Position numbers and translations under genes: made by a program | Part shown: one piece after another, positions 1-11,850 of the stretch | How positions within the stretch are numbered: position 1 is the stretch's first letter | Layout: the number at the start of each line of letters is the position of its first letter | DNA from: Candidatus Eiseniibacteriota bacterium | GTDB lineage: Bacteria > Eisenbacteria > RBG-16-71-46 | Assembly (NCBI GenBank): GCA_963776245.1 | Contig: CAVZLN010000003.1 | Span: 1,167,517-1,231,516, forward strand | Direction: 5' to 3' | Length of the DNA stretch: 64,000 nt | Notes under the pieces: model-generated | What the model was told of the DNA's origin: nothing | The model's input: the letters and a program-made list of their open reading frames with translations, nothing else | Database searches by the model: none

Positions 1-80
1 GCCATCTGGGCACGTGCGGATGCGAGGGCCCCGAGCGCGAGGACGAGCGCGAGGGCGAGGGTCGGGAAGCGACGGCGCAT
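1..80 (-). CDS. N-terminus of a secreted protein, runs off the window edge
   Basis: ATG at 80 (minus) reads MRRRFPTLALALVLALGALASARAQM, a typical Sec signal peptide. Confidence 0.7.
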   Translation of the reverse strand, partial: MRRRFPTLALALVLALGALASARAQM

Positions 81-297
81 GACGAAGAGCCTCCGGGTCG
101 GGACGGACAGGCGCGTCGGGAACCCCGGTTGGACCGTCCAGCGGGCGGCGCGGTTGCACGCTGCCCGGCCCCGTGGCGCCAGCGCGGCAGCGCGCTCGGC
201 GAACGCGGCACGGGGAGGGGCAGAGGTGCGGGCCGGGTCGCCCCCCCGGGCGGTTCCGCCGGGTGCGGATCGCCTCCGTCGCTCCCCGCCATGGGTC

Positions 298-326
298 TTG
301 ACACTGCCGGAGGCGGCCCCTAATCT
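298..326 (+). promoter_or_regulatory. sigma70-type promoter upstream of rho
   Basis: TTGACA (298-303), 17 nt spacer, TAATCT (321-326). Confidence 0.7.
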
Positions 327-601
327 TCGTGTCGAGGCGGCGGCTTCGCTCTCGAAGTTCCCCGGCTCATGTGCGCGGTGCCCTCCATCTCACCCCGGGC
401 GCGCCGAACTCCCCAGCACCTAACGTTTTGCCGCTTCCCTACCACCGAGGGTTCCTCTCCAGACTCACCCGAGTCGCAAGCCTCCCCCACGGACCACCCT
501 GACCACCGGATCGAGACGCTTCCGCGACCCCGCATCCGGGTCGGGCGCCGCCGCACCCGCGGACCACACGGCCCCGCACCTCCGAAGAAGGCGCAACCAC
601 G

Positions 602-1894
602 ATGGACACCGAAGCCACCCCGCAGGCCACCAGCAGCGCGCAGACCATGGAACTCACGCAGCTCAAGGGCAAGACCATGTCCGAGCTGCTCCGCTTCTGC
701 CAGGAGCTGGAGGTGCAGGGCACCAGCGGACTGCGCAAGCAGGAACTGATCTTCAAGATCCTCGAGGCCCAGACGCAGAAGAACGGGCTGATCTTCGCCG
801 AGGGCGTGCTGGAGATCCTGCCCGAGGGATACGGCTTCCTGCGCTCGCCGACCTACAACTACCTGCCGGGGCCCGACGACATCTACGTGTCGCCGTCGCA
901 GATCAAGCGCTTCGACCTGCGCACCGGCGACACCGTGTCGGGGCAGGTCCGTCCGCCCAAGGACGGCGAGCGCTACTTCGCGCTGCTGCGCGTCGAGGCG
1001 GTCAACTTCGAGAGCCCGGAGGCGGCGAAGGAGAAGATCCTCTTCGACAACCTCACGCCGCTCTACCCGCAGGAGAAGCTCAACCTCGAGACCAAGGACC
1101 GCTGCCTGGAGACGCGCATCATCGACCTGCTGTGTCCGTTCGGGAAGGGCCAGCGCGGGCTCATCACGTCGCCGCCCAAGGCGGGCAAGACCATCCTGCT
1201 CCAGAAGATCGCCAACTCGATCACCGAGAACCATCCCGAGTGCGTGCTCATCGTGCTGCTCATCGACGAGCGGCCCGAGGAGGTCACCGACATGCAGCGC
1301 ACGGTGAAGGGCGAGGTCGTGTCGTCCACCTTCGACGAGCCCGCCGAGCGCCACGTGCAGGTCGCCGACATGGTGATCGAGAAGGCCAAGCGGCTGGTCG
1401 AGCACAAGAAGGACGTGGTCATCCTGCTCGACTCCATCACCCGGCTGGCGCGCGCCCACAACACGGTGGTGCCGCACTCCGGCAAGATCCTCTCGGGCGG
1501 CGTCGACGCCAACGCCCTGCAGCGCCCCAAGCGCTTCTTCGGCGCGGCGCGCAATGTCGAGGAGGGCGGCTCGCTCACCATCATCGCCACCGCGCTCATC
1601 GAGACCGGCTCGCGCATGGACGAGGTCATCTTCGAGGAGTTCAAGGGCACCGGCAACATGGAGCTGGTGCTCGACCGCAAGATCTCCGACAAGCGCATCT
1701 TCCCGGCCATCGACATCAACAAGTCGGGCACCCGCAAGGAGGAGCTGCTGATGGCCCCGGACGTGCTCCAGCGGGTCTGGATCCTGCGCAAGTTCCTCAA
1801 CGAGCTGAACCCGGTCGAGGCGATGGAGTTCCTGACCTCGAAGCTCTCCGACACCAAGACCAACAAGAAGTTCCTGGAAGGCATGAACTCGTAG
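602..1894 (+). CDS. rho: Transcription termination factor Rho
   Basis: [24 protein letters not shown], Walker [27 protein letters not shown]. Confidence 0.99.
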   Translation: MDTEATPQATSSAQTMELTQLKGKTMSELLRFCQELEVQGTSGLRKQELIFKILEAQTQKNGLIFAEGVLEILPEGYGFLRSPTYNYLPGPDDIYVSPSQIKRFDLRTGDTVSGQVRPPKDGERYFALLRVEAVNFESPEAAKEKILFDNLTPLYPQEKLNLETKDRCLETRIIDLLCPFGKGQRGLITSPPKAGKTILLQKIANSITENHPECVLIVLLIDERPEEVTDMQRTVKGEVVSSTFDEPAERHVQVADMVIEKAKRLVEHKKDVVILLDSITRLARAHNTVVPHSGKILSGGVDANALQRPKRFFGAARNVEEGGSLTIIATALIETGSRMDEVIFEEFKGTGNMELVLDRKISDKRIFPAIDINKSGTRKEELLMAPDVLQRVWILRKFLNELNPVEAMEFLTSKLSDTKTNKKFLEGMNS

Positions 1895-1946
1895 CGGCGC
1901 CGGACCGGCACCGCGCCGGTGCCCTGCCGGTGCCTCGAGGTTACCC

Positions 1947-2507
1947 ATGGGTCCCATCGCCATCCCGCGCCCGTCCGCCGGCGATCACGCGCCGGGATTC
2001 ACCGACGAGATCGCGCTGGTGCCCGACGCGCCCGATTTCGGCGCGCTGCTGGCCACGCAGGCGGAGGAAACGGTGGCCCTGCTGGCGCGCTTCGGCGAGA
2101 GCGGCGCGGGGGTGCGCTACGCCCCGCAGAAGTGGACGGTGCGCGAGACCGTGGGCCACCTCGCGGACTGCGAGCGCGTCCTCGGCTATCGCGCGCTGCG
2201 CCTGATGCGCGGGGACGACACCGCGCTGCCGCGCTTCGACGCCGCGGCCTACGTGTCCGCGGCGGGGTTCGAGGCGCGGCCGCTCGCGGGCGTGCGCGAG
2301 GAGTTCCTCGCCGTCCGCCGATCCACCATCGCGCTGTTCGAGGGGGCACGTCCGGACTGGCTCGCGCGCCGCGGCCGGGTCGGATCGGGCGTCATCACGG
2401 TGGCGGCCATCGCCTATCTCATCGCGGGGCACGAGCGTCACCATCAGGCCCTGCTGCGGGACCGGTACCTGCCGCTCGTCCCGGGCCCGAGCGGCGGCGC
2501 CGGGTGA
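1947..2507 (+). CDS. DinB family protein
   Basis: [21 protein letters not shown] and GHERHH metal-binding His pattern. Confidence 0.9.
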   Translation: MGPIAIPRPSAGDHAPGFTDEIALVPDAPDFGALLATQAEETVALLARFGESGAGVRYAPQKWTVRETVGHLADCERVLGYRALRLMRGDDTALPRFDAAAYVSAAGFEARPLAGVREEFLAVRRSTIALFEGARPDWLARRGRVGSGVITVAAIAYLIAGHERHHQALLRDRYLPLVPGPSGGAG

Positions 2508-2965
2508 CCGCCGCCCGGAGCGGCGATCCAGGCGTGCCGCCCGCGCCACCGGAGCGCTTCGAACTGGCGCTGCGCGTCGAGCCCTCGGACATCGACGTGC
2601 TCGGGCACGTGAACAACGTGGTCTACCTGCGGTGGGTGCAGGACGTGGCGATCGCGCACTGGCAGAGCGCCGCGACCCCCGCGCAGCAGGCGGCGCTGGT
2701 GTGGGTGGTGGTGCGCCACGAGATCGACTACAAGAGCCCGGCGCTCCCCGGGGACGCGCTCATCGCGCGCACCTGGGTGGGAGTGGCCTCGCGGCGCACC
2801 TTCGAGCGCCACACCGAGATCGTGCGTGCCAGCGACCAGCGCCTGCTCGCGCGCGCGCGCACGCTGTGGTTCCCGCTCGACCCCCGCCACGGACGTCCGG
2901 CGGTGGTCGGCGACGACGTGCGCGCGCGCTTCTCCGTGCCGGGTGAAGGTCCGGCGTCGGAGTGA
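2504..2965 (+). CDS. Acyl-CoA thioesterase (4HBT/YbgC-like hotdog fold)
   Basis: DIDVLGHVNNVVYLRW motif; GTGA overlap with the upstream stop. Confidence 0.9.
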   Translation: MTAARSGDPGVPPAPPERFELALRVEPSDIDVLGHVNNVVYLRWVQDVAIAHWQSAATPAQQAALVWVVVRHEIDYKSPALPGDALIARTWVGVASRRTFERHTEIVRASDQRLLARARTLWFPLDPRHGRPAVVGDDVRARFSVPGEGPASE

Positions 2966-3554
2966 CGCGGCCCGCTCACGCGTGGAGGGCGCGACCGTGA
3001 CCGGCGCCGGCCCGCGCGAGCGCTCCGCCGCCGTGCTCGTGCCGCTGTTCCGCGACGCCGCGGACGCGCTGCGCGTGGTGCTCATCCGCCGCGCCGCAGG
3101 GGGGCTGCATGGCGGGCAGCTCGGGTTCCCCGGCGGCAAGCGCGAGCCGTGCGATGCCACGCTCCGCGACACCGCGCTGCGCGAGGCCGAGGAGGAGCTC
3201 GGACTGCCGCGGGCGGCGGTCGAGCACCTCGCCGACCTGCCGGTGGTCGAGACCCGCGCGTCGGACATGCGCATCGCCCCCTTCCTGGTGCGCATCGAGC
3301 GGCCCGCCCGGTGGCGGATCGACGCGCGCGAGGTCGCCGAGGTGATCGAGCCCCGCGTGGCGGACCTCGCGCATCCGGATGCCCGCGGCATGGCGTTCGA
3401 GACCCTGCCCGGTCGTGCGGCGCCCCTGCGCATCGAGTTCTATCGGGTCGGTCCGCACCGGCTGTGGGGCGCGAGCCATCGCATCCTGCGGCCGCTGATG
3501 GAGCGGCTCGCCGCCGGCGAGTGGGCGTCGATGGGGATCCCGCCTCAGCCCTGA
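2943..3554 (+). CDS. Nudix CoA pyrophosphatase (NudL/PCD1-like); start uncertain
   Basis: AAVLVPL, HGGQLGFPGGK...ALREAEEELG Nudix box, LWGAS. Confidence 0.9.
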   Translation: MKVRRRSDAARSRVEGATVTGAGPRERSAAVLVPLFRDAADALRVVLIRRAAGGLHGGQLGFPGGKREPCDATLRDTALREAEEELGLPRAAVEHLADLPVVETRASDMRIAPFLVRIERPARWRIDAREVAEVIEPRVADLAHPDARGMAFETLPGRAAPLRIEFYRVGPHRLWGASHRILRPLMERLAAGEWASMGIPPQP

Positions 3555-3576
3555 GCCCGCGGGCTGGGCGCCCCCG

Positions 3577-5340
3577 CTACCGCTGCCGCGTGGAAACGGC
3601 CGCCGCCTCCGGCGTCGGTGCGCGGTGGAGCTCCCCCCACTCGAGCGGGGGATTGAGCACGAACCTGGCGCCACGCCGGAGCTTCAGGGCCTCGTCGAGG
3701 CGGCGGTCGATGCCATAGAGGTCGTCGCGATAGTGCACGGCGCCCGCCGAGTCCGCCCACGCCGTCCAGTAGAGGAAGTGCACCGGCATGGGCCGCGGCA
3801 GGCCGACGTTGCGCTCGATCCCGGCGGCCTCGAGCGAGTCCACCGAGTCCGCGGTCGCCTCCGCCCAGCGCGGCGCGAGCAGGCGCTCGGCGAGGGCGTG
3901 CGGCTGCTCCACGCGCACGCACCCGTGGCTGAGCGCCCGCGCCGCCGCGGCGAAGTGCGAGCGCTGCGAGGTGTCGTGCAGGTAGACGTCGTATTCGTTC
4001 GGGCACATGAACTTGATGAGCCCGAGCGGATTCCCCGGCCCGCCATCCTGCACCACCAGGTAGGGGAAGGTGTCGGTCTCGGCGGTGCTCCAGTCCACGG
4101 TCTCGGGCGGCACCTCGACCGGCGCGGGCGCATGCACGAAGAACACCCGCATGTGGTTCTTCGCCAGGTACGCCCGGTCGCGCTTGAGCGCCGGCGCGAT
4201 CTCCTCGACCAGGATGCGCCGGGGCACCCGCCACGTAGGGTCGAACTGCAGATAGGTGACCGCGTCGCTGAACACCGGGGTCGGGTTGCGCGCCTCGCCC
4301 ACGATGACGCGCATGCGCAGCACGGCGCGGGCGCTGTCGCGCATCTCGAGCGTGCAGTCCGGCAGGTTGACGAGGATGCAGGGCTCGGGCGGGGGCAATG
4401 GCATCCAGCGCCGGCGCTCCAGATTGAGCGCGAGCGTGCGCGCGCGCTCGGCGGCCGGCACGCCGAGCGCGGCGCGCGTCGGCGCATCCACCACCCCGCT
4501 CGGCGTCAGCGCGTGGTGTTCCTGGTAGTCGCGCACCGTGCGCTCGAGCGCGGCGTCGAACGGCGCCTCGACCGTGCCGGTGTCCGCGCCGGTCTCGGCG
4601 GCCAGCCGGCGGCGCAGTCGCGCCACCGCGGGGCCGCTGTCCCCACGCCGGAGCGTCCCACCCGCGGCGAGGCGCGGCCAGCCGCCGCGCGCCGCCGCGT
4701 CGAGCGCCACCCCGAGGGCATGGCGCAGCGCGAGCGAGCCCGGGTCGCCGGGCCCCAGAGCCTCCATCACCACCGCGGTGCGCCCGGGACGCAGGGCCGC
4801 CGCGAGCGTGGCGAGCGGATCGCGCGGCGCCCGCGCCCGCGCCCAGTCGGGATCGAGCGCGCTCGCCGGGACGCGGCCCTCGCTCGCGTCGCGCGCGTAG
4901 CGCAGGAAGGCCCGCGTCAGCCGGATGTCGAGCCCCGCGAGCGATTCGGCCGCCGCCGCCGGCCGCGCCGCGCGCATGCGTTCGCACGCTCGCTCGAGCA
5001 CGGCGCCGCCGTAGTCCGCGGGCTCCAGCCCCGCGCGTGCGGCCTCGGCCAGCGCGTGGGCGCACGCGGAAGCCGCTGCCTGCGGGTGGCGGCCGTCGCT
5101 CCACGCCGGGCGATCCCCGCGCCGGTGGTAGAACCCCAGCATCGCCACCAGGAGCGAATCGTGAGCGGGAGCGGCCCGCTGCACCACGAGGCGGGCGGTG
5201 ATGGCCGCCTCGGTGCTCGCCACCTCGGGAGGGATGCGGGTCACCCGCCACACCACGAACACCACGGCGAGCAGCGCCAGCGCCACGAAGGTGGCCGCGG
5301 CGCGGATGCGGGGCGGGGACGGCGAAGAGGAGGCAGTCAT
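3577..5340 (-). CDS. L,D-transpeptidase (YcbB/LdtD-like) with peptidoglycan-binding domain
   Basis: NPLGLIKFMCPN, VYLHDT, SHGCVRV catalytic motif; LRRGDSGPAVARL PG-binding segment; N-terminal TM. Confidence 0.92.
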   Translation of the reverse strand: MTASSSPSPPRIRAAATFVALALLAVVFVVWRVTRIPPEVASTEAAITARLVVQRAAPAHDSLLVAMLGFYHRRGDRPAWSDGRHPQAAASACAHALAEAARAGLEPADYGGAVLERACERMRAARPAAAAESLAGLDIRLTRAFLRYARDASEGRVPASALDPDWARARAPRDPLATLAAALRPGRTAVVMEALGPGDPGSLALRHALGVALDAAARGGWPRLAAGGTLRRGDSGPAVARLRRRLAAETGADTGTVEAPFDAALERTVRDYQEHHALTPSGVVDAPTRAALGVPAAERARTLALNLERRRWMPLPPPEPCILVNLPDCTLEMRDSARAVLRMRVIVGEARNPTPVFSDAVTYLQFDPTWRVPRRILVEEIAPALKRDRAYLAKNHMRVFFVHAPAPVEVPPETVDWSTAETDTFPYLVVQDGGPGNPLGLIKFMCPNEYDVYLHDTSQRSHFAAAARALSHGCVRVEQPHALAERLLAPRWAEATADSVDSLEAAGIERNVGLPRPMPVHFLYWTAWADSAGAVHYRDDLYGIDRRLDEALKLRRGARFVLNPPLEWGELHRAPTPEAAAVSTRQR

Positions 5341-5417
5341 GGTGAGATGGTGCTCGCGAGCACCACACTCTATACTTCACCCATCGCCGCCCTGTCGACC
5401 CCTCGCTCGGAGCCTCC

Positions 5418-6758
5418 ATGACCCAACCCGGCGGCCTGCTCTCCCGCGGCTGCCTCGTGCTCGCCCTCGCCCTGCCGGCCGCGGCCGCGGTGGCACCCGC
5501 GCATGCCGCCGGGGCCCGCGCCGTCACCGACAGCGCGCTCGCGGCGGAGCGCCGCGCGCAGGGCTACGACGGCGACGTCCGGGCCCGCGCCCGCGCCGCC
5601 GAAGGGGTCCGCGCCGCGCTCGCCGAGTCCCTCGCGGTGCCGCCGCCGGGGGCGGCCGGGGAATCGGTGCGGATGTACGGCGAGGCGATCCGCGTTCTCC
5701 GCGCCACACCCGGCCCGGCCGAGCGCGAGCGCGCGGCCGGCCTGCTGAGTCAGGTCGCCGAGGAGCGGGGGGACGCGCGCGCCGCCCAGTTGCTGGGCTT
5801 CCTCTACAAGAGCGGCGACCTGCTCGGGCGCGACGACGCGCGTGCGGCGCACTTCTTCCTGCTCGCCACCCACGCTTCGGGCGGCTGCGCGGTGGCGCCG
5901 TCGTTCGCCCAGCTCGCGCACGCCTACTTCACGGGCACCGGCGTGGCGCGCAGCGACTCGATGGCGGCCCGCGCGGTGAGCGCGGCGTACTTCGGGGCCG
6001 CCGCCGAGGCCTGCCGCGCCGGGTACGGCGAGCGCGACCGCTGGGTGGCGCGCCAGGGGCTGTTCTACATCGCCGGCGAGTCGCGGATGCGGGGCGACGG
6101 AGTGCGCCCGGACCCATCCGGCGCGACCTATCAGTTCGACAAGGGAGCGCGCTTCGGAGAGGCGGCGTGCGCGCTGCGAGCGGCGTTGCTGTTCCTGCCG
6201 GCGGCGGTGGTGGACGAGGAACTGGGCGGGACGGTCGCGCCCGATCCCGAGCGCGCGCGCGGCTACCTGGAACAGGCCCGGGGCGCCGGGGTGGAGGTCG
6301 CGTCGTTGCTGCTGGCGCGCTGCCTCGCGATGGGCGTCGGCGGGGAGGCGGACCCGGCGCGCGCGCTCACGCTGTTCGAATTCGCCGCCGAGCACCGGTT
6401 GCCGCGGGCGCGCTTCGAACTGGCCGTGCGGCTCGCCGGCGGCGAGGGGCTGCCACGCGATGGGGAGCGGGGGCGTCGCGAATTGGAGCGGGCGGCGCGC
6501 GAGGACGACCCCCGGGCGATGAGCGTGCTGGGCAGCCTGGTCTACGGTGAGGCGGTCGAGGCGCGGCCGGTCGCGGACGCCCGGCGGCTCGCCGAGGCGG
6601 CGGGCTGGTTCGAGAAGGCCGCGGCGGCCGGCGATGGCCAGGCGATGTTCGCGCTCGGCGCCATGCACCGCCTCGGGCAGCACTACCCCCAGGACCTGGC
6701 CCAGGCCGCGAAGTGGTTCGCGAAGGCGAAGGCCGCGGGGGTCACCGGCCCGCGGTGA
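5418..6758 (+). CDS. Secreted Sel1-like repeat protein
   Basis: Signal peptide; repeats such as AAGWFEKAAAAGDGQAMFALGAMH and AAKWFAKA. Confidence 0.8.
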   Translation: MTQPGGLLSRGCLVLALALPAAAAVAPAHAAGARAVTDSALAAERRAQGYDGDVRARARAAEGVRAALAESLAVPPPGAAGESVRMYGEAIRVLRATPGPAERERAAGLLSQVAEERGDARAAQLLGFLYKSGDLLGRDDARAAHFFLLATHASGGCAVAPSFAQLAHAYFTGTGVARSDSMAARAVSAAYFGAAAEACRAGYGERDRWVARQGLFYIAGESRMRGDGVRPDPSGATYQFDKGARFGEAACALRAALLFLPAAVVDEELGGTVAPDPERARGYLEQARGAGVEVASLLLARCLAMGVGGEADPARALTLFEFAAEHRLPRARFELAVRLAGGEGLPRDGERGRRELERAAREDDPRAMSVLGSLVYGEAVEARPVADARRLAEAAGWFEKAAAAGDGQAMFALGAMHRLGQHYPQDLAQAAKWFAKAKAAGVTGPR

Positions 6759-6998
6759 AGCCACCGCGGCCGGGAACCGGCCGCGGGACCGGCCGCGAGG
6801 CGTGCCGGAGGCCGGGACCGGTCCCGGGCGCACGATCCCAGGGGCGGCTCGAGGGCGTTTGGCAAGCACCGGCCGCTTCGGGCATACTCCCCGGCCGCTA
6901 TCCAACACCGTCCCGCGCGGAGCGCCCGGCCCACGAGAGCCCTGAGCGACCATCGTGAAGAGGCCGGCCGGGGAACGCCGCCGAGAGGAGAAGTCGCG

Positions 6999-7250
6999 AT
7001 GAAGTCAGGACTGCATCCGATCTACAAGCTCCGCACCTTCCACTGCTACGGCTGCAACGCGGAGTTCGAGACCCGCACCACCATCGAGCCCCACACCAAC
7101 GACGGCAAGGTGCATCTCGACGTGTGCTCGAGCTGCCACCCGTTCTTCACCGGCAAGCAGAAGATGATCGACAAGGCCGGCCGCGTGGAGCGGTTCCGCA
7201 GGCGTTACGAGAAGAAGGACGACGCCAAGCCCGAGCCCGCGCAGTCCTAG
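6999..7250 (+). CDS. rpmE: 50S ribosomal protein L31 (Zn-binding form)
   Basis: MKSGLHP, CYGC, LDVCSSCHPFFTGKQK, GRVERF. Confidence 0.97.
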   Translation: MKSGLHPIYKLRTFHCYGCNAEFETRTTIEPHTNDGKVHLDVCSSCHPFFTGKQKMIDKAGRVERFRRRYEKKDDAKPEPAQS

Positions 7251-7301
7251 CACGTCCCGAGCGGCTCCCAGGCGGGCGAACGCCCGCCGGGAGCCGTTCG
7301 C

Positions 7302-8253
7302 ATGTCCGGAGACCGAGTTGCCCTTCCTGCCCATCGGCGGCCAGGCCGTCATCGAAGGCGTCATGATGCGCTCGCCCTCGCTCATCGCGGTCGCGGTGCG
7401 CCGCCCGGACGGCACGCTGGCGTACTTCGACCGCTCCTACCGGTCGGTCACCCTGCGCGTGAAGGCGCTGGGGCTGCCGGTGGTGCGCGGCGCCGTCGCG
7501 CTGTTCGAGACCCTCTACCTCGGCATCACCGCGCTCAACTTCAGCGCCGACGAGGCCACCCACGAAGAGGGCAAGGCCGCGTCCAGGCCCTCGACCGGGC
7601 AGAGCGTGCTGCAGGGCGCCACGCTGGTGATCTCGCTCGCCGTCGGGGTGCTCCTGTTCGTGGTGCTGCCCGCGCGCCTCACGGTGGCGGCCGGCGCCAC
7701 CGGGCGGGTGGCGTTCGGCCTCCTGGACGGCGCGTTCCGGCTGCTGGCGTTCCTGCTCTACCTGTTCCTCATCAGCCAGTGGAAGGAGATGGCGCGCGTG
7801 CTCGGCTACCATGGCGCGGAGCACAAGGCGATCCACGCGCTCGAGGCGCGTGCGCCGCTGAGCCCCGAGAGCGTGCAGACGTTTTCGCGCTTCCACCCGC
7901 GTTGTGGCACGACGTTCCTGTTCATCGTGGTGATCGTGAGCATCGTGGCGTTCACCTTCATCGGCCGCCCGCGCAACGTGCAGGACCACCTGCTGCGCAT
8001 CGCCTGCATGCCGCTGATCGCGGGCGTGGCGTTCGAGTTCATCCGCCTCTCGGGGCGCCACCAGGACAAGCCATGGGTGCGCGCGCTGACGTGGCCGGGC
8101 CTGCAGTTCCAGCGCCTCACCACCCGCGAGCCCGACCTCACCATGTGCGCCGTCGCCATCGCCGCGCTCGAGCGCGTGCGCGGTGACGAGACCGTGCTCC
8201 GGCTCGAGGCCGCCGGCGATGGCGCGCGCCCCGAACTGACGTTCGTCCAGTAA
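7302..8253 (+). CDS. DUF1385 membrane protein; true ATG probably 7302 with a 1-nt indel before 7318
   Basis: [33 protein letters not shown]; usual position between rpmE and prfA. Confidence 0.9.
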
Positions 8254-8257
8254 CGCC

Positions 8258-9334
<1,077 letters not shown>

Positions 9335-9499
9335 GCCGCTCGCGCGCGGCGCCGACCCGGCGCCCGATCCGCCGCGCAACTTCGCGCCCGGCCATTCGTC
9401 CGTAGAGCAGGCGCGGGCGACGCGATCGCGATCGTCCCCGCCGCCGTCCTCACGGCCGCGGCGTCCCGGTCCACTTCCCACCCTCGAGGAGCACGGAAC

Positions 9500-10243
9500 A
9501 TGGAGCTGCACATCGCATCGGCGTCGTCCCGCGTCCGCGGGCTCGCCACCGCCCTCACGCTCGTCCTGGCCGCCGCCGCCGCTCCCGCCCGCGCCGCCGA
9601 GACGCCGGCCTCCCGCGCCCCGAACGCGCTGGACGGGGTGTGGAAGCTGAACGAGGCGCAGAGCGAGAGCTTCCAGAAGAAGATGGCCGAGTTGCGCGGG
9701 GATTCCGGTGGCGGACCGGGTGAAGGGCGCGGGGGTGGCCGCGGCATGCGGGGCGGCGAGGGCGGCATGGGAGGCCGGCCCGAAGGCGGATGGGGCGGAC
9801 ATGGGGGCCACGGCGGCGGCGGCGAGGGCCGCGGTCCCGGCCGTGAAGGGGGTGGGCCCGGTGGCGACGGTGGGGGCCCGGAGGGCGCGGGCGGCGACCG
9901 GACGCCGCGTCTCAATCTGCTCGCGCGGCCGCCGCTCATGCTGGTCGTCGAGCAGAGCGACAGCGCGGTCGTGCTGAGCGAGCGCGGCGACCTGCTCGAG
10001 ACCCTGGTGATCGCCGGCGCGGTCGACACGGTGGCGCCGTCGGGGCCGCCGCGGGTGGCGGCGCGCTGGGCGGGCAAGCGCCTCGAGGCGGAGGGAGCCG
10101 GCCCGCGCGGGGGCAAGCTGCGCCAGACCTATCAGCTCTCCGCGGACGGCAACCAGCTCACCGTGGTGGTGCGCGCCGAGGGCGTCAACGGCCGACCGCC
10201 GATCGAGCTCAAGCGAGTGTACGACCGCTACCAGGGCGACTGA
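9500..10243 (+). CDS. Secreted hypothetical protein with Gly-rich low-complexity insert
   Basis: Signal peptide, GVWKLN, long GGxGG tract, C-terminal KRVYDR; RBS GAGGAG. Confidence 0.75.
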   Translation: MELHIASASSRVRGLATALTLVLAAAAAPARAAETPASRAPNALDGVWKLNEAQSESFQKKMAELRGDSGGGPGEGRGGGRGMRGGEGGMGGRPEGGWGGHGGHGGGGEGRGPGREGGGPGGDGGGPEGAGGDRTPRLNLLARPPLMLVVEQSDSAVVLSERGDLLETLVIAGAVDTVAPSGPPRVAARWAGKRLEAEGAGPRGGKLRQTYQLSADGNQLTVVVRAEGVNGRPPIELKRVYDRYQGD

Positions 10244-10370
10244 GGGCGCGCCGCGCGCCGGCCCCGGCGGACAGCGGGCCGCGCACGGCGTGGACGGCGC
10301 AGCCGCGCAGGTTCACAAGCGCGCGGGAGCCGAGAGGCATCCCGCGCCGCTGAGGGCGCGTCGCCGCGTC

Positions 10371-10386
10371 CGGCACGGCGCGTGCA
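10371..10386 (+). promoter_or_regulatory. Candidate sigma54 -24/-12 promoter
   Basis: CGGCACGGCGCGTGCA: GG-N10-GC with GGCACG and TGCA, in the intergenic gap before 10439. Confidence 0.55.
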
Positions 10387-10438
10387 GAGGCACACGGCCA
10401 TCGCCTCCGCGCTCCACCCGCTCCCGCACCGGTGCCCG

Positions 10439-11038
10439 ATGCGCACCCTGTCCAGGTGGCCTCCGGCAGCGAGGCCGCGCCTCGAGTGGCCGTTCCCCGC
10501 GTGGTTCATGCCGCTCTGGCTCGTCATCGTGCTGTGGGCGTGGTGGGAGCGGCTGGCGCGCGAGCTCGACGGGACCGGGATCGCGACCCTGGCGGTGGGC
10601 GGCGTTCCGATGGCGGCCCATCTGGCGCTCGGCGCACGCGCGCTCGGCTGGATCGGCGAGGCGCTCTTCTACACGCTGGCGTGGCGCGCCGTGGGCGCGC
10701 GCATGCCGGTGCTGCGGCTCGCCGCGGCGCTGGTGTCGTTCTCGCTCTTCGACCTGGTGGCGCTCGGCGTGCGCGACGTGCGTGGCTGGGCCGGTTCGCC
10801 GCTGGTCTCCGTGATCGCGGGGGGTGTGGTGGCCCCCGGCGAGGGCCCCGCCGCGCTCGCGCTGGCTGGCTTCGGCCTGTGCGCGGTCGCGCGTATGGTG
10901 TGCACCGCGCACGCGCAGGCGCGCGCGCTCGGCCGCGGGCTCGCCGCGCCGCTGGCGCTCACGTCCGCCACCCACGCGGCGGCGCGCGCGGCGCTCACCC
11001 TGGCCGTCACCTGGGCGCACGGAAGGAGTCCGATGTGA
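10439..11038 (+). CDS. Multi-pass membrane protein (possibly Yip1-like)
   Basis: About 5 hydrophobic segments; GTGA overlap with the next gene. Confidence 0.65.
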   Translation: MRTLSRWPPAARPRLEWPFPAWFMPLWLVIVLWAWWERLARELDGTGIATLAVGGVPMAAHLALGARALGWIGEALFYTLAWRAVGARMPVLRLAAALVSFSLFDLVALGVRDVRGWAGSPLVSVIAGGVVAPGEGPAALALAGFGLCAVARMVCTAHAQARALGRGLAAPLALTSATHAAARAALTLAVTWAHGRSPM

Positions 11039-11538
11039 ACACGCCCGACCCGCACCCGCCGGGAGCGCTCTCGCGCTGGGCCGCCCGCGTCGGGCTGGCG
11101 CTCATCGTGCTCTCGCTCGCCGCGCTCGCCGCGCTGACGGTGTGGGACCGCACGCGGCGCTGGGAGGTCCCGCGCTTCGAGGCCACGCGCTTCGTCGCGC
11201 TGGTGCCACCCCCGGCGGTGGCCGCGCCCCCGGCCGCGCAGCGTGAGCGCTGGCTGATGGCGGTGAACCCCGAGTGCGCCCGCTGCCGCCGCGCGTTCCC
11301 CCGGGCGCTCGCGCGCCGCGACCGCGAGGCGGTCCCGCCGCGGCTCGAGGCGCTCATCGTGGACGCCGAGACGCGCCCGGGCCCCGCGGCGCTCGCGCCC
11401 TTCCGCGCCGACGCCGTGTGGTGGGACTCGAGCGGCGTCTGGCGCCACGCGTGGGGGCACCGCGTGTACGGCGAGATCCTGCGATTCGCGCCCGATGGCA
11501 CGCTGCGGGGGGTCGAGCCGCAGCCCGACGAGAAGTAG
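11035..11538 (+). CDS. Membrane-anchored thioredoxin-like (CxxC) protein
   Basis: N-terminal TM, WLMAVNPECARC, C-terminal FAPDGTL typical of the thioredoxin fold end. Confidence 0.6.
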   Translation: MNTPDPHPPGALSRWAARVGLALIVLSLAALAALTVWDRTRRWEVPRFEATRFVALVPPPAVAAPPAAQRERWLMAVNPECARCRRAFPRALARRDREAVPPRLEALIVDAETRPGPAALAPFRADAVWWDSSGVWRHAWGHRVYGEILRFAPDGTLRGVEPQPDEK

Positions 11539-11585
11539 TCCACCCGCCCCCGCGCACACCACCGCCTCCGCGCTGGGAGTCCATC

Positions 11586-11825
11586 ATGCACACCGTCCGT
11601 CGCACCGCGGCGTGGCTCGCGCTCGCGGGCCTCGTCGTCGCCCTCCATGCCCCGCCGGCTCGCGCCGGCATCGCCGCGCCGCCCGAACCCGCGGGGCTCA
11701 AGAACCTGTTCAAGTACAGCGGGTGCGCCATCAGCGTGGCCGCCGCGGTCACCCCGCTGGGGATCGCCGGCGCCTTCCTCAATTGCGCCCGCGTGCTGCT
11801 CGACGAGCTCGGGCGGGACCTGTAG
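11586..11825 (+). CDS. Small secreted hydrophobic peptide A (79 aa, two Cys)
   Basis: RBS GGGAG; signal peptide ending APPARA; mature part KYSGC-x19-CARVLLDE. Confidence 0.75.
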   Translation: MHTVRRTAAWLALAGLVVALHAPPARAGIAAPPEPAGLKNLFKYSGCAISVAAAVTPLGIAGAFLNCARVLLDELGRDL

Positions 11826-11850
11826 GCCATCCGGCCAGGAGGGATCCAAC

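Noticed and set aside
9700..9900. Gly-rich repeat as a repeat array or RiPP precursor
   Set aside because: Low-complexity linker within an ordinary secreted protein; no regular DNA repeat unit.
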